Of a stretch of 64,000 bases of DNA, positions 38,139-49,926 are shown piece after piece (the first letter of the stretch is position 1; each line of letters opens with the position of its first letter). The position numbers and the translations under genes were made by a program. Under the pieces are notes generated by a model. It did not search any database. It worked only from the letters and a program-made list of their open reading frames with translations, and had not been told where the DNA came from. The stretch covers positions 23,686,001-23,750,000 of the forward strand of contig NC_086109.1 of the NCBI RefSeq assembly GCF_963921235.1, in the 5' to 3' direction. This stretch comes from Mobula hypostoma (Eukaryota).

Positions 38139-38305
38139 CCAGCTCCCACACATTTTCATACTGGCTATCTCTTCTCATTCTATCCAGTCCTGTGCAGGAT
38201 CTTAACCTGAAGTATTGACTGTCTATTTCCCTCCATAGATGCCACCTGAGCCATTGACTTTCTCCAGCTCCTTTGTGTGTTACTCCAGATTTCCTGCATC
38301 TGCCA
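38139..38305 (+). repeat. Old Penelope 3' UTR/pLTR remnant
   Basis: CTGGCTATC...CCAGTCCTG...TGAAG.ATTGACTG...CCATAGATGC...CAGATTTCC.GCATCTGC. Confidence 0.65.
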
Positions 38306-38377
38306 TCTCTTTTGTCTCCAACAGACTTTAGGAGGATTAATAGGCCCTCGAACTACTGAGTCCTACTATGTTTATAA

Positions 38378-38540
38378 ATACAAGAGATTCTGCAGAGGCT
38401 GGAAATTCAGAGTAATGCACACAAAATGCTGCAAGATCTTAGCAGGCCAGGCAGCATCTATGGAGAGGAATAAACAGTCGATGTTTCAGATATGTCAGCT
38501 GTTTATTCCTCCCTATAGACGTCTCCTGACCTTCTGAGAC
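38378..38540 (-). repeat. Palindromic pLTR element with deleted centre
   Basis: TCTATGGAGAGGAATAAACAG ... CTGTTTATTCCTCCCTATAGA inverted arms; pLTR-family sequence. Confidence 0.7.
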
Positions 38541-38920
38541 TGATGTTTGACTCTATTCCAAGATCATTTGGTTAACTCTTAACATCTTTCAGAGTGTCTG
38601 AGGTGAGGTAATAAATACAAGGCTTGGCAATGATACCCAGATCTTAGAAATAAATAAACAGAAGGTAGTCAGACTTTATGTCATGGAGTACCAGAGAGTG
38701 TTGATCTACCTGGTGAACTAGTCTGGAAATTAATATCTTCTTAATTGGCTGGGGCTTTTTAAATGTAAGCGCCCTAAACAGGAGATGAATGATTGCTTTT
38801 TCATTTTGCCTCAACTGGAAGTATCTGCTGTTTTGCCAGTGGCTGCATTTACTGCTGACTCTGCTTAAATAGAGTTGCAAAGTCTTGCGCCTGTCTGCTC
38901 CGATTTGCATCTGTGCTTAC

Positions 38921-39008
38921 TAGCTCAGACTTGCTCTGCAGGGATGAATGCAGACAGGGTCATTTGCTGGGCATCCTCCTCTCCCTGCTGTTTCTTTCTT
39001 AAATGAAG
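38921..39008 (-). CDS. Candidate host exon (LHLRKKQQGEEDAQQMTLSAFIPAEQV-stop, or an 88-nt internal exon xSFKKETAGRGGCPANDPVCIHPCRASLS)
   Basis: Unique sequence; minus strand tttctttatttcctttgtctctttgctgctcag| acceptor and |gtaagc donor; protein not recognised. Confidence 0.4.
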
Positions 39009-39099
39009 CTGAGCAGCAAAGAGACAAAGGAAATAAAGAAACTACAGGCACACACTTAACTACTTTCAGCCATTCCGTTTAGTCTATGTAGACAGAAAA

Positions 39100-39270
39100 C
39101 GGAAGAAAGGCTTGCACATGAAAAAACCTTTCACTAATTCAGGGGATCCCAAAAGGCTTTACAGTACTTTGCAAATGTCATCAGTGCTGTAATGTAGGAA
39201 ACATGACACTTAATTTCCAGTCATCAAGCTCTATAAACAGTAATGTGATAATGATGAGATAATCTACATT
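39100..39270 (-). repeat. Deu-domain SINE 3' half
   Basis: Minus strand AGATTATCTCATCATTATCACATTACTGTTTATAGAGCTTG...TTTCCTACATTACAGCACTG...GTGAAAGG. Confidence 0.6.
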
Positions 39271-39305
39271 TTAGGTCATGGCTCATAGAAAGAAGTTCCC
39301 CCATT

Positions 39306-40224
39306 TCACGTACATCTGCTCTCACTCCACCCTCCTGCCACCCCACTAGGAATAGGGTTCCCCTGGTCCTCACCTACCCTGGTCCTCACCCCCCATCCCT
39401 CCCCACTGATCTCCCTCCTGGCACTTATCCGTGTAAGCGGAACAAGTGCTACACATGCCCTTACACTTCCTCCCTTACCACCATTCAGGGCCCCAAACAG
39501 TCCTTCCAGGTGAGGCAACACTTCACCTGTGAGTCGGCTGGGGTGATATACTGCGTCCGGTGCTCCCGATGTGGCCTTTTATATATTGGCAAGACCCGAC
39601 GCAGACTGGGAGACCGCTTTGCTGAACATCTACCCTCTGTCCGCCAGAGAAAGCAAGATCTCCCAGTGGCCACACATTTTAATTCCACATCCCATTCCCA
39701 TTCTGACATGTCTATCCACGGCCTCCTCTACTGTAAAGATGAAGCCATGCTCAGGTTGGAGGAACAACACCTCATATTCCGTCTGGGTAGCCTCCAACCT
39801 GATGGCATGAACATCGACTTCTCTAACTTCCGCTAAGGCCCCACCTCCCCCTCGTACCCCATCTGTTACTTATTTTTATGCACACATTCTTTCTCTCACT
39901 CTCTTTTTTCTTCCTCTGTCCCTCTGAATATACCTCTTGCCCATCCTCTGGGTCCCCCCCCCGTCTTTCTTCCTGGACTTTCTGTCCCATGATCCTCTCG
40001 TATCCCCTTTTGCCTATCACCTGTCCAGCTCTCGGCTCTATCCCTCCCCCTCCTGTCTTCTCCTATCATTTTGCATCTCCCCCTCCTCCTCCAACTTTCA
40101 ATTCCCTTACTTACTCTTCCTTCAGTTAGTCCTGTCGAAGGGTCTCGGCCTGAAACGTCGACTGCACCTCTTCCTACAGATGCTACTTGGCCTGCTGCGT
40201 TCACCAGCAACTTTGATGTGTGTT
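39306..40224 (+). mobile_element. 5'-truncated young Penelope-like (Neptune-type) element with TSD
   Basis: CKRNKCYTCP knuckle plus GIY-YIG ORF 39510-39836; pLTR with hammerhead 40128-40163 (CTGtCGA, A6 mutated); flanks GAAAGAAGTTCCCCCATT (39288-39305) and GAAAGAAGTTTCCCATT (40225-40241). Confidence 0.95.
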
Positions 40225-40519
40225 GAAAGAAGTTTCCCATTCTTTTTGGGATCTTTAGCACTCAGCTAAGAGTGTAGATGGGGGTCTTGCCCAAGAATGG
40301 AAAAGCCTACAAAAAGTAGTGTATGCAGCCAGTCTCTCCCAGGAAAAGCCCTCCCTACCATTGAGCATATCTACAAGGAGCACTGCCACAAGAAAGCAGC
40401 ATCCTTCATCAAGGACACCCACCATCCAGGCCATGCCTTCTCGCTACTGCCATTGGGAAGGAGGTACAGGAGCCTTAGGTCCCACAACACAAGGTTCAGG
40501 AAGGTTTGCTACCCTTCAG

Positions 40520-41057
40520 ATCCCACTTGGGGTACTGTGCTTAATTCTGGTCGTCTCACTACAGGAAGGATGTGGAAACCATAGAAAGGGTGCAGAGAAG
40601 ATTTACAAGGATGTTGCCTGGATTGGGGAGCATGCCTTATGAGAATAGGTTAAGTGAACACGGCCTTTTCTCCTTGAAGCGACAGAGGATGAGAGGTGAT
40701 CTGATAGAGGTGTACAAGATAATGAGAGGCATTGATAGTGTGGATAGTCAGAGGCTTTTTTCCAGGGCTAAAATGGCTAGCACGAGAGAGCATAGTTTTA
40801 AGGTGCTTGGAAGTAGGTACAGAGGAGATGTCAGGGGTAAGCTTGAGTGGTGAGTGTGAGGAATGGCCTGTCGGTGACAGTGGTGGAGGTGGAAATGATA
40901 AGGTCTTTTAAGAGACTCCTGGATGGGTACATGGAGCTTAGAAAAATAGAGGGCTACGGGTAAGCCTGGGTCATTCTAAGGTAAGGACATGTTCGGCACA
41001 GCTTTGTGGGCTGAAGGGCCTGTATTGTGCTGTAGGTTTTCTATGTTTCTATGTTTC
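40520..41057 (+). mobile_element. CR1 3' fragment inserted in Rex1
   Basis: [34 protein letters not shown]; (TTTCTATG)n tail. Confidence 0.92.
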
Positions 41058-41210
41058 TTCAACCATCAGGTTCCTAAAACAGTGTGAATAACTTCACTCA
41101 CCTCTATACTGAACTGATTCCACAGCCTATAGACTCACTTTCAAGGGCTCTACAACTCATATTCTCAATATTATTTATGCATTTATCTATCTATCTATTT
41201 TTATTTTTTT

Positions 41211-42620
41211 CTCAGCTCAAGCTGGTAAAACCTGAGGTACGAGCATAGCCAAGCACACTCACTTCTCAATTGATAGGAACTTTCAGACTATTGTAGTGGT
41301 GTTTAGTATAGTGAATTTCTGGAGATTTACATAAATAGTGCTGTGTATGCCTAATTGTTTAATGCTATTGTGTAGTGACTTAGGGATGATGCCAGTTGTA
41401 GATATTACTATCAGGACAATTTATGCCCTGTTCATGTTCCATAGTCTTTCAATTTCCTCTTTTAATTCAGCATACTTCTGATGTTTTTCACTTATTGACT
41501 TCTGTATGTTATGTGTACTTGGAATAGTAATATCTATTAAGCAAGTTGTTCTTGCTTCTTTATCCAGGCAGTTATAATGGATTGTCCTATCTGTAATAAT
41601 AGATCAGTCATGATATAATTTGTAAGACTCTGACTCTAAATCTGTACCAGGCTTGTAAGGTATGGTTTCTTTTATGAATTTGTATTTTAAAGCAAGATTT
41701 TGGTGAAAGTTGTTTGCCACTTGATTGTGCCTGTGTAGGTAATCAGATTGAGTTAAACTGTTGCAGGATCCTGAAATGTGTTGGCTTGTTTCTGGTCTCT
41801 CTTGGCATTTTCTGCATTTACTGTCTTGAATTTATTGGTCTTTTATTATGTATTTTTGATAATTTTCTGTGTTAACCACCTGATTCTGTGTTGCCACAAA
41901 GTTCCCCTGTGGTTCTGGGAAGAGGTCTCCAACTCTGAGCCAGGCATTCGACGCTTCCTTGTCGATATCTAGTCTGCTCAGATCGTGGGGATATTGTGCT
42001 GTTGTGTAGATTTTTATGTCTGTTGTTCCTCTTCCTCATTCTGTCCTAGGTAGTGTTAATCTAAGTGCATTTGAGTGTACATAATGTTTTTTAAAATTTG
42101 TCATTTCAGTTTTTATTTTTCTTTATAAATTTTCCAGATTGGCTTCAAAGTAAGAAATTATGCCAAAATAATACATGAATACAGGTATAACAAAATTGTT
42201 TATCGCCTTTGTTATATTTTTACTATTGAGCTCTGTTTGGCAGATTTTCTTAAGCCTTGAAATAAATTCTGTCATAAGTTTTCCCTTTATCGCACTATGA
42301 TCTATTTTCTTGGCAACACTCACAACACACTGGAGGAACTCAGCAGGTCGGACAGCATCCGTGGAAACAATGAGTTGATGTTTCGGGCCGCAACCTTTCG
42401 TCAGGACTCAGGGTCCTGACGAAGGGTTCCGGCCCGAATCGTCAACTCATTGTTTCCACGGATGCTGCCCGACCTGCTGAGTTCCTCCAGCATGTTGTGA
42501 GTGTTGCTTTGTCCCCAGCATCTGCAGAATATTTTGTGTCTACGATCTATTTTCTTTGCTTGTTGATATAGTGGATACATACATGTTTCATATTCATCCA
42601 TTGGTTGTATTGTAACCTGC
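41211..42620 (-). mobile_element. R4/Dong-clade non-LTR retrotransposon (RLE type), 5'-truncated and degenerate
   Basis: RT thumb YQQAKKID|HSAIKGKLMTEFISRLKKICQTELNSKNITKAINNFVIPVFMYYFG; CCHC KCRKCQERPETSQHISGSC..DYLHRHNQVA; RLE DKEARTTCLIDITIPSTHNIQKSISEKHQKYAELKEEIERLW..IVISTTGIIPKSL; flanked by TATC/TA-rich microsatellite. Confidence 0.9.
42312..42540. mobile_element. Palindromic pLTR mini-element with head-to-head hammerhead motifs and 16-19 bp TSD
   Basis: 95-bp arms 42313-42407 and 42413-42507 (7 mismatches by manual count); CTGACGA...GCCC-GAA on both strands; TSD TA(T/C)GATCTATTTTCTT at 42296-42311 and 42541-42556. Confidence 0.92.
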
Positions 42621-42720
42621 ATTCACTCATTCATCCATCTATCCATTTATTTCTTTCTATCTATCTATCTATTTTTCTGCCTATTCATTATTATTATTAT
42701 TGACATTATTATTTTTGTTA

Positions 42721-43040
42721 ATCATCTCAAGCTGGTAAAGCCCGAGGTGTGGGCAGAGTGAAGCACACTCATTTCTCAATTTCTAGAAACTTTCAGACTA
42801 TTCTAGTGGTGTTTAGTATCATGGCTGTGTGAAGATTGACATAGATATTGCTGGTGTAGGCCTAACTGTTTAATGCTATTGTGTGGTGCCTTCAAGATGA
42901 CACTAGTTGTATTTATTACAATTGGGACAACGTTTCTCCTGTTTGTGTTCCAAAGTCTTTCAATTTCCTCTTTTAATTCAACATATTTGTGCTGTTTTTA
43001 CCTATTGATTTCTGTAAGCTATGTGTGTTTGGAATGACTA
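42721..43040 (-). mobile_element. Second R4/Dong copy (3' ~320 bp)
   Basis: Homologous to 41211-41530; flanked by (TTA)n on both sides. Confidence 0.88.
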
Positions 43041-43419
43041 TTATTATTATTATTATTAGTTTTTCTGTATTTGCAGTCTGTCTTCTTTTGTACTTTGGTA
43101 GTTTGTCAGCTTATGTGTGTAACTTTTTATTTCTTTGTTCTGCTGTGAATGCTCACAGCAAAATGAAGCTCGGTAGTATATGGTAACATATGTGTACGTC
43201 AATAATAAATTTACTTTGAGCCTTGAACTTTGTAACCTCATCTTATTTCTGTCACTTCTTTCTTGGTACTGCTCCAGAAAGGCAGCCTAGATTTTCTGAA
43301 TAAGTTATCAAATGGGACTTGGGGGTAAAAAGCTTGTCTTTTTGGCTTGGAGGTAAGTTGGTACACTTTAAAAGCACCTAATTGTGTATAAGGAGCATTG
43401 GGACATCTTTAACAAAACA

Positions 43420-43550
43420 AAAATTACTGGAGAAATGCAGCAGGTCAGGTAGCATCTATTGAAAGGAATATACACCTGACCCGACATGGAGTTCCTCCAG
43501 CCACTTGTGTATGTTGCTCTAGATTTCCAGCATCTGCAGAATTGTTTGAC
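43420..43550 (+). repeat. Palindromic pLTR remnant with deleted centre
   Basis: CTGGAGAAATGCAGCAGGTCAGGT ... ACCTGACCCGAC..GAGTTCCTCCAG, then the pLTR end CAGCATCTGCAGA. Confidence 0.6.
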
Positions 43551-44249
43551 TTTGGGACATCTTTAACCCATGAAACAAGTTGTAAAATGCCAGTTCTTCT
43601 CTTTTCACCAATTCCAGCCTGAAGTAGTTCCCCTTGAAATGTTGTTCCTGATGTCACATGTGCTGATTAGAAATTAACAAGTACTGAAAAACCAAACAGA
43701 CCTGCAGATGCTGAAAACCTGAAATATAAACAGGAGGACATAAAGTTAAATCTTTAGGTTGAAGACACTTAGTAAGGACTCATAAAGTGCTTAGTGGCAG
43801 ATGTAACTCGTCCTAATTGTAAAGTGACATCAGTACAAGATAACCTCAGGTAGCCACGCACATGGTCTAAATAGTCACCAACTGTCTCTTCAGCTCCAAA
43901 TCAGTATAAATGGGTGGGTTGAGCTATTCTAGATCAATGCTTAAATCCACCTTGACTAGTTATCAACACTCAGATAACTTGAGGTTTACAGTTAAGATTT
44001 TATGATTTAAATTCTTGATCCATGAAAGCTGATGTAAAAATCATCTCTCAGTTTGAGACATGACTTGCAACATTTAATAAAAGTTTGAATAAGTACATGG
44101 ACTGGAGGAGTATGCGGGTGGATAAATACATGGATGGGTGAGTATGGAGATATTGGTCAATGGGTCTAAGCCGAATAACAGTTCAACACAGACTGAATGG
44201 ACTGAAGGGCCTGTTTCTGTGTTGTTATGTTCCATGACTCTGTAGTTCC

Positions 44250-45070
44250 AGACAAGGTTTATGAGAATGATCCCAGGAATGGAAGCATCAACTAATAAGG
44301 AAAATTTTATGACCCTGGGCCTGTATTCGCTGGAGTTTAGAAGAATGGGGGGAGGGGATGTGGGATCTCATTGAAACATTGGATATTGAAAGGCCTGAAT
44401 ACAGTGGACATGAAGGGGTTGTTTTTTACAGGGGCTGAGTCTTGAACCAGAGGCACAGCCTCATAATAGAAGGGCATACCTTTAAAACAGAGATGAGGAA
44501 GAATTTCTTTAGCCAGAGGGCGGTGAATCTGTGGAATTCATTGCCAAAAGTGGTTGTGGAAGCCAAGGCATTGAGTGAATCTGTGCAATTCATAGGGTAT
44601 TTTTAAAGCAGAGGTTGATAGGTTAGACCATAAGATATAGGAGCAGAATTAGGGCATTTGGTGCATCGAGTCTGCTTTGTCATTTCATCATGGCTGATCC
44701 ATTTCCCTCTCAGCCTCAATCTCCTGCCTTCTCCCCATATCTGTTCATGCCCTAACTAATCAAGAAACTAGCAACCTCTGCCTTAAATATAGATAAAGAC
44801 TTGGCCTCCACAGCTGCCTGTGGCAACAAATTCCGCAGACGCACCACTCTCTGGCTGAAGAAAATCTTCCTCATCTCCATTCTATATGGATGCCCCTTTA
44901 TTCTGAGGCTGTGTCCTCTGGTTCCTGATCAGTAAGAGTGTCAAAGGTTACAGAAGAAGGCAGGAGAATAGGTTTGAGAGAGATAATAATCAACTAGGAT
45001 GGAATGGTGGAGCAGACTAGATGGGCTGAAAGACCTAATTCTGCTCCTCTATCTTATGGTCTTATGGACT
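44250..45070 (+). mobile_element. CR1 3' fragment containing an antisense CR1 3' fragment (44625-44920, minus)
   Basis: EMRKNFFSQRAVNLWNSLP on +; inner reverse-complement CR1 end with (TCTTATGG) tail; GGTT on both sides of the inner copy. Confidence 0.88.
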
Positions 45071-46965
45071 CTGTGACTCCAGTTTGGAGCAGAAGAAAGT
45101 AATTTGGATTGTAAAAAATATGGTGTAATGTAGAGATTCAAGCCAAGTGCTTTTTAATTACAATTATTGCTGTACTAAAATTCAGTCCACCATGGCACTC
45201 GTCAAGAATCTTTATTTAGTTTGGAATACCGAGCAATATTCTATTACAAATTATTTGTTGGAAGGACCTTAAAACTATAGGTCTCTTTGTCCCTGTCAAG
45301 ACTTTCCTCTCAAAATGTTCAGGCCCCTGAAAGTCAACCATAGTACTATTTAATCACTGCTGTCTTAGCTACTGTTTCAGTTTTCAATCTTATTCGAGAA
45401 TCTCTTTAGGACTTGACTGTGACTTCCACTTCTTAACAAAACACAAATGCCCAGCAGAAACCTGTGTGGGCCCACGAGAAGGAGTCTCCATAACTTTTAA
45501 ATCTCATTCACCTAGATTTACACAGAAGAGGAAGCTGGTTCAGGTTCAGTTCTGCTGAGGTGTTGATGAGTGATCAAACTGAACCCTTTTTGAGACTGAA
45601 GAGGCCATCTTACAATAACCAAAATAAGAATCAGTAACTATTTAGTGGAGAGCATTTTGTAACATACGTACCAAGGAAAGATATACTTCGGAGCCAAAAG
45701 AGGTTGCAGATGCTGGCATACGGAGTGACAAGCAATCTACTGGAAGAACGCAGTGTGCCGAACAGTTTGCTTCGGTATGCACCAGTACATAAGCATCAAG
45801 CCACTGTGGTACTTGGCAAAGTCCTAGATCACTCACTTCATAATTCTTCTAATTGATGGCCCCATTTAATTAGATTGAGTATGAAATTGCTGCTCTGGGT
45901 CTCAGTGTGTTCAGCCATCTATCAGTACATCAGCTTTCCGCTTCATTTCTGCTATGGATTCAGCAAGAAAGGATACCAGTATGGGGTGCGTTTGAAGACT
46001 GGAGACTTCTTCTATTGGGGAATTAAACTCTGGTTGAAATAGCTATGATGCAATTAATATCAAGGCTGTAAAGAGAGAAACCAAGTGGCTGCCTAGTTTA
46101 AAAGTGTTGTTTGCACCCTTTAAATGATATTATGTTTTGTTATAGGCTTTTGGCTTTTAGTCATCATTCTCACTATGAAATTTTAAGTTTTAAGGGCTGC
46201 TGTTTCCCATCATTGTAAATCCAGACTGACATCCAAAGATAACTTGAAGTGCCTTTTAATGTTGTTTGTGGGACAATTCATACCAGATGAATACTGTAGT
46301 AAGTGTTCCACAACTCTGCTTTTTACATTCCACAAGGGATTTCTCACATTGCACAGGGTAACCGTTCCCACCCATTCGTTGATTGGCACTTTACCTCCCA
46401 ACCGTTCAGCTACAATGCCCCAAAGGTTATATAAAAGCTACAGTTAGGTTTACACAGCTTCCTTCCCAGGCTGGGTGTGGTTCCAGGAACACTGGCAACC
46501 TTCCAGTCATCATACTAAGAGGTTATTCTTCCTTTGAGAACGTTGACACAGAGTGCTCATGCATTAGTTTACTGCAGGAAGGAGCGAGTGGCCCATTACT
46601 GAAAAATGCAATCATCGAATCTTAGACATATTATAGCACAACAGGGGGATATTCAGACCACAATGTTCGTGACACGCAGGAGAGCTCTTCAGATTAGTGT
46701 TGTCAAACTCCATTCAGGTTGAATGCTATCACACCATCTCTCATCAATCTGGTCATTATTGCATGGGCCTCAACATTGTTGACGTTCAGTAGTCACTTCA
46801 TTACACAGACCACACAACAGATCACCTGCTATTGACACAAGTGGCTCCAGGGGACATTTCTGCCTAGTTGAGTCTGTGGCAGGTACCGAACAAATCAACG
46901 TGAGAGTTGAATCTACGGCTTCGCGCTTAGCAGTTTGTTCATAGCGGATGAACTTACCCATGTCC

Positions 46966-47367
46966 ATAAGACCAATAAACTTAGAAGCAGAGTTAGGCCA
47001 TTCAGTCCATTGAGCCTGCTCTGCTGATGTGTTGTCCCTCTCAACCCCATTCTCCTGTCTGCTCCCTATAACCTTTGACACTCTTACCAGTCAAGAAATT
47101 ATCAACCTCTGCTTTAAACATACCCAATGACTTGGCTTCTACTTCCATCTGTGGCCACGTATTCCACAGATTCATCACCCTCTGGCTAAAGAAATGCTTC
47201 CTCATCTCCTTCTATTCTGAGGCTGTGCCTTCCGGTCCTAGACTCCCCCACAACAGGAAACATCCTGTCTATGTCCAGTCTATCTCGGCCCTTCAATATT
47301 TGATAATTTTTCTATGAGATCCATCCTCATTCATCTAGACTCCAGTGAGTACAGGACCAGAGCAATG
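46966..47367 (-). mobile_element. CR1 3' fragment
   Basis: Reverse complement of the CR1 ORF2 end and UTR, same subfamily as 30343-30760. Confidence 0.88.
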
Positions 47368-47399
47368 GTAGAATGGCCAAGGATACAGTCCTTATGGAG

Positions 47400-49335
47400 A
47401 CAAAGTCCTGTCTTCATACTGAGAAAGCCTTCACTCCTGTTGCACTAAATGAGAGGTCTATGTATGATCTCTGGAAAGCCATCTCATTGGTGAAGTGGCA
47501 ACTCTACACTAAATGTGAATCACTGAAGGATCGTTGGTAGTTATGGAGGGGCTTGAGTGCTATCGCCTCTTACAAAGTTAAATTAAGCGACATAGGCAAC
47601 AGCAGGGCATTGCTTACAGATGAGCTCAGTGCCTATGCTTGCTTTGACTGTCAAAACATGGCGGAACCATATCAAACTGCCACAGCCCCTGATAATCGTG
47701 TGACTCCAGTCTCTGAGGCTGACGTGCAAGCAGCCTTCAGGAGGGTGAATCAAAAATAAAGCATCCAACCCAATGGGGTACCTGACTGTGTACTAAAGAC
47801 TTGTGCTGATCAACTGGCTGAAGTCATCACTGAAATTTTTAACCTCTTGCTTTGGCAGTCTGAGGTACCCACCTGCTTCAAGCAGGCCTCAATTATACCA
47901 CTGCCCAAGAAGAACCTGCCTCAATGACTATTGTCCAGCAGCACTTACATCCATAGCGATGAAGTGTTTTGGAGGTTGGTGATGAAACATATCAGCTCCT
48001 GCCTGAGATGTGACTTAGATGCACTCCAGTTTGCCTGCTGGTGTAACAGGTCCACAGCAGGTGCCATCTCATTGGCTCTTCAGTCAACCTGGAACATCTG
48101 GACAGGAAAGGTGCAAACATCAGGATGCTCTTTATCAGCTACAGCTCAGCATTCAACGCCATAATCTTCTCAAAACTGATCAATAACCTGCCAGACCTTG
48201 GCCTCAATACCTCCTTGTTTTTGGATTCTTGACTTCCTCACTTGCAGATCCCAGTCAGTTCGGATTGGCAACAGCATCTCCTGCGTGATCTCCGTCAGCA
48301 CAGGTGCACCACAGGGCTGTGTGCTCAGCTCCCTGCTCTTATGACTGTGTGGCCAAGCACAGCTCCGGTGCCATATTCAAGTTTGACGATGATACCACTG
48401 TCGTGGGCCGAATCATAGGTGGTGATGAACCAGCATATAAGAGGGAGACTGAAAATTTAGCTGAGTGGTGCCACAACAACAACCTTTTACTCAATGTCAG
48501 CAAGACCAAGGAGCTGTTTATTGACTTCTGGGGGAGGAAACCGGAGAGGATCAGAGGTGGAGAGATTCCTCGATGTTATCATTGCGGAGGACCTGTCCTG
48601 GGCCCAGCACATAACTGCAATTACAAACAAAGCACAAATGCACCTCTACTTCCTTAGGAGTTTGCGAAGATTCAGCATGACAACTAAAACTTTGACAAGC
48701 TTCCATAGATACATGATGGAATGTATATTGATTGGCTATATCACAGCCGGGTATGGAAACACCAAAGCTCTTGGATGGAAAATCCTATGAAAAGTAGTGG
48801 ATATGACTCAGTCCATTACCAGTGAAGCACTCTCCAACACTGAACACATCGACCTGCAACGCTGTCACAGGAAAGCAACATCCATCATCAGGGACCTTCA
48901 CCGCCCAGGGCATGCTCTCTTCTCACTGCTGCCATCAGGAAGAAGGTACCGTAGCCTCAAAACTCACAATGACAGCTTCAGGAACAGATATTACCCCTCA
49001 ATCATCAGACTCTTGAATCAAAGGGGATAACTTCACTCAAATTCCTTTGCCCCATGATTGAAATGTTTCCACAAACAATTAACTCACTTTCAAAGTCTCT
49101 TCATCTCAAGTTCTTCATAATTATCACTTATTTATTTATTATTATTCCTTTCTTTTTGTATTTACACAGTGTTTTGCACATCGGTAGAATGTGCAAGTTG
49201 CTGTGGGCTTCCATTGATTTTGTTGTGGTTATTATTCTATAAATTTTTTGAGTATGCCTGCAAGAAAATGAATCTCAAGGTTGTATATGGTGATGTACAA
49301 GTACTTTGATAATAAATTTACTTTGAACTTTGAAA
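47400..49335 (+). mobile_element. Rex1/Babar LINE, RT through 3' end, degenerate
   Basis: [92 protein letters not shown]; tail AATAAATTTACTTTGAACTTTGAA. Confidence 0.93.
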
Positions 49336-49690
49336 TGAGATAGATTGATGGTGCATTATAGAGTTCACAGTTTATAAAAAAAACACATGCCTGCGGTCTG
49401 AGGCTGCATTCTTTTGAACAAGAAGATATTGCCAAATCCAGCAGAAGAGTTTCAAATGGACAAACTGGATTTGTACATTTTGGCCATTCAGCCCATTTGT
49501 ACTGGTTCTTTATCGGAATTTCCCGATGCTTTCCTCATTACCCTGTGGTTCAGATTTCCACTCAGATATTTAACCAATATTTTTCTTGAAAATTATGTAA
49601 GGCTCTCTGCCTAAATTGCTGTGGCAGTTTTTTCCATGATCCAACAATCCTCTGTGTAAAGAAATCTTCTCTTAACTCCAAGTTGGAGGA

Positions 49691-49926
49691 TTTTATTTAT
49701 TTAGAGATGCAGCGCGGTAAAAGGCCCTTCTGGATCAATGAGCTCATGCTGCCATGTGACCAATTACTGATCCTTATGTCTTTGAGACATGAGAGGGAAC
49801 TGGAGCACTTGCCAGAACCCAAGTGGTCTCGGGAAGAACTTACAAGCTCCTTACAGCCAGTGGTGGGAATTGAACCCATATTACTGGGACTGTAAAGCGT
49901 TACACTAACTGCTATGCTACCACGCC
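49691..49926 (-). repeat. tRNA-derived V-SINE
   Basis: Minus strand GGCGTGGTAGCATAGCAGTTAG (box A) ... GGTTCAATTCC (box B) ... CTCATGTCTCAAAGAC ... (TAAA)n. Confidence 0.75.

Larger units (their letters stand above)
40296..43232 (+). mobile_element. Rex1/Babar 3' fragment in three pieces (~40296-40518, 41058-41200, 43058-43232), host of a nest
   Basis: LPTIEHIYKEHCHKKAASFIKDTHHPGHAFSLLPLGRRYRSL; UTR pieces colinear with 18660-18943 and 49000-49335; tail TTTACTTTGAGCCTTGAACTTTG. Confidence 0.85.
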
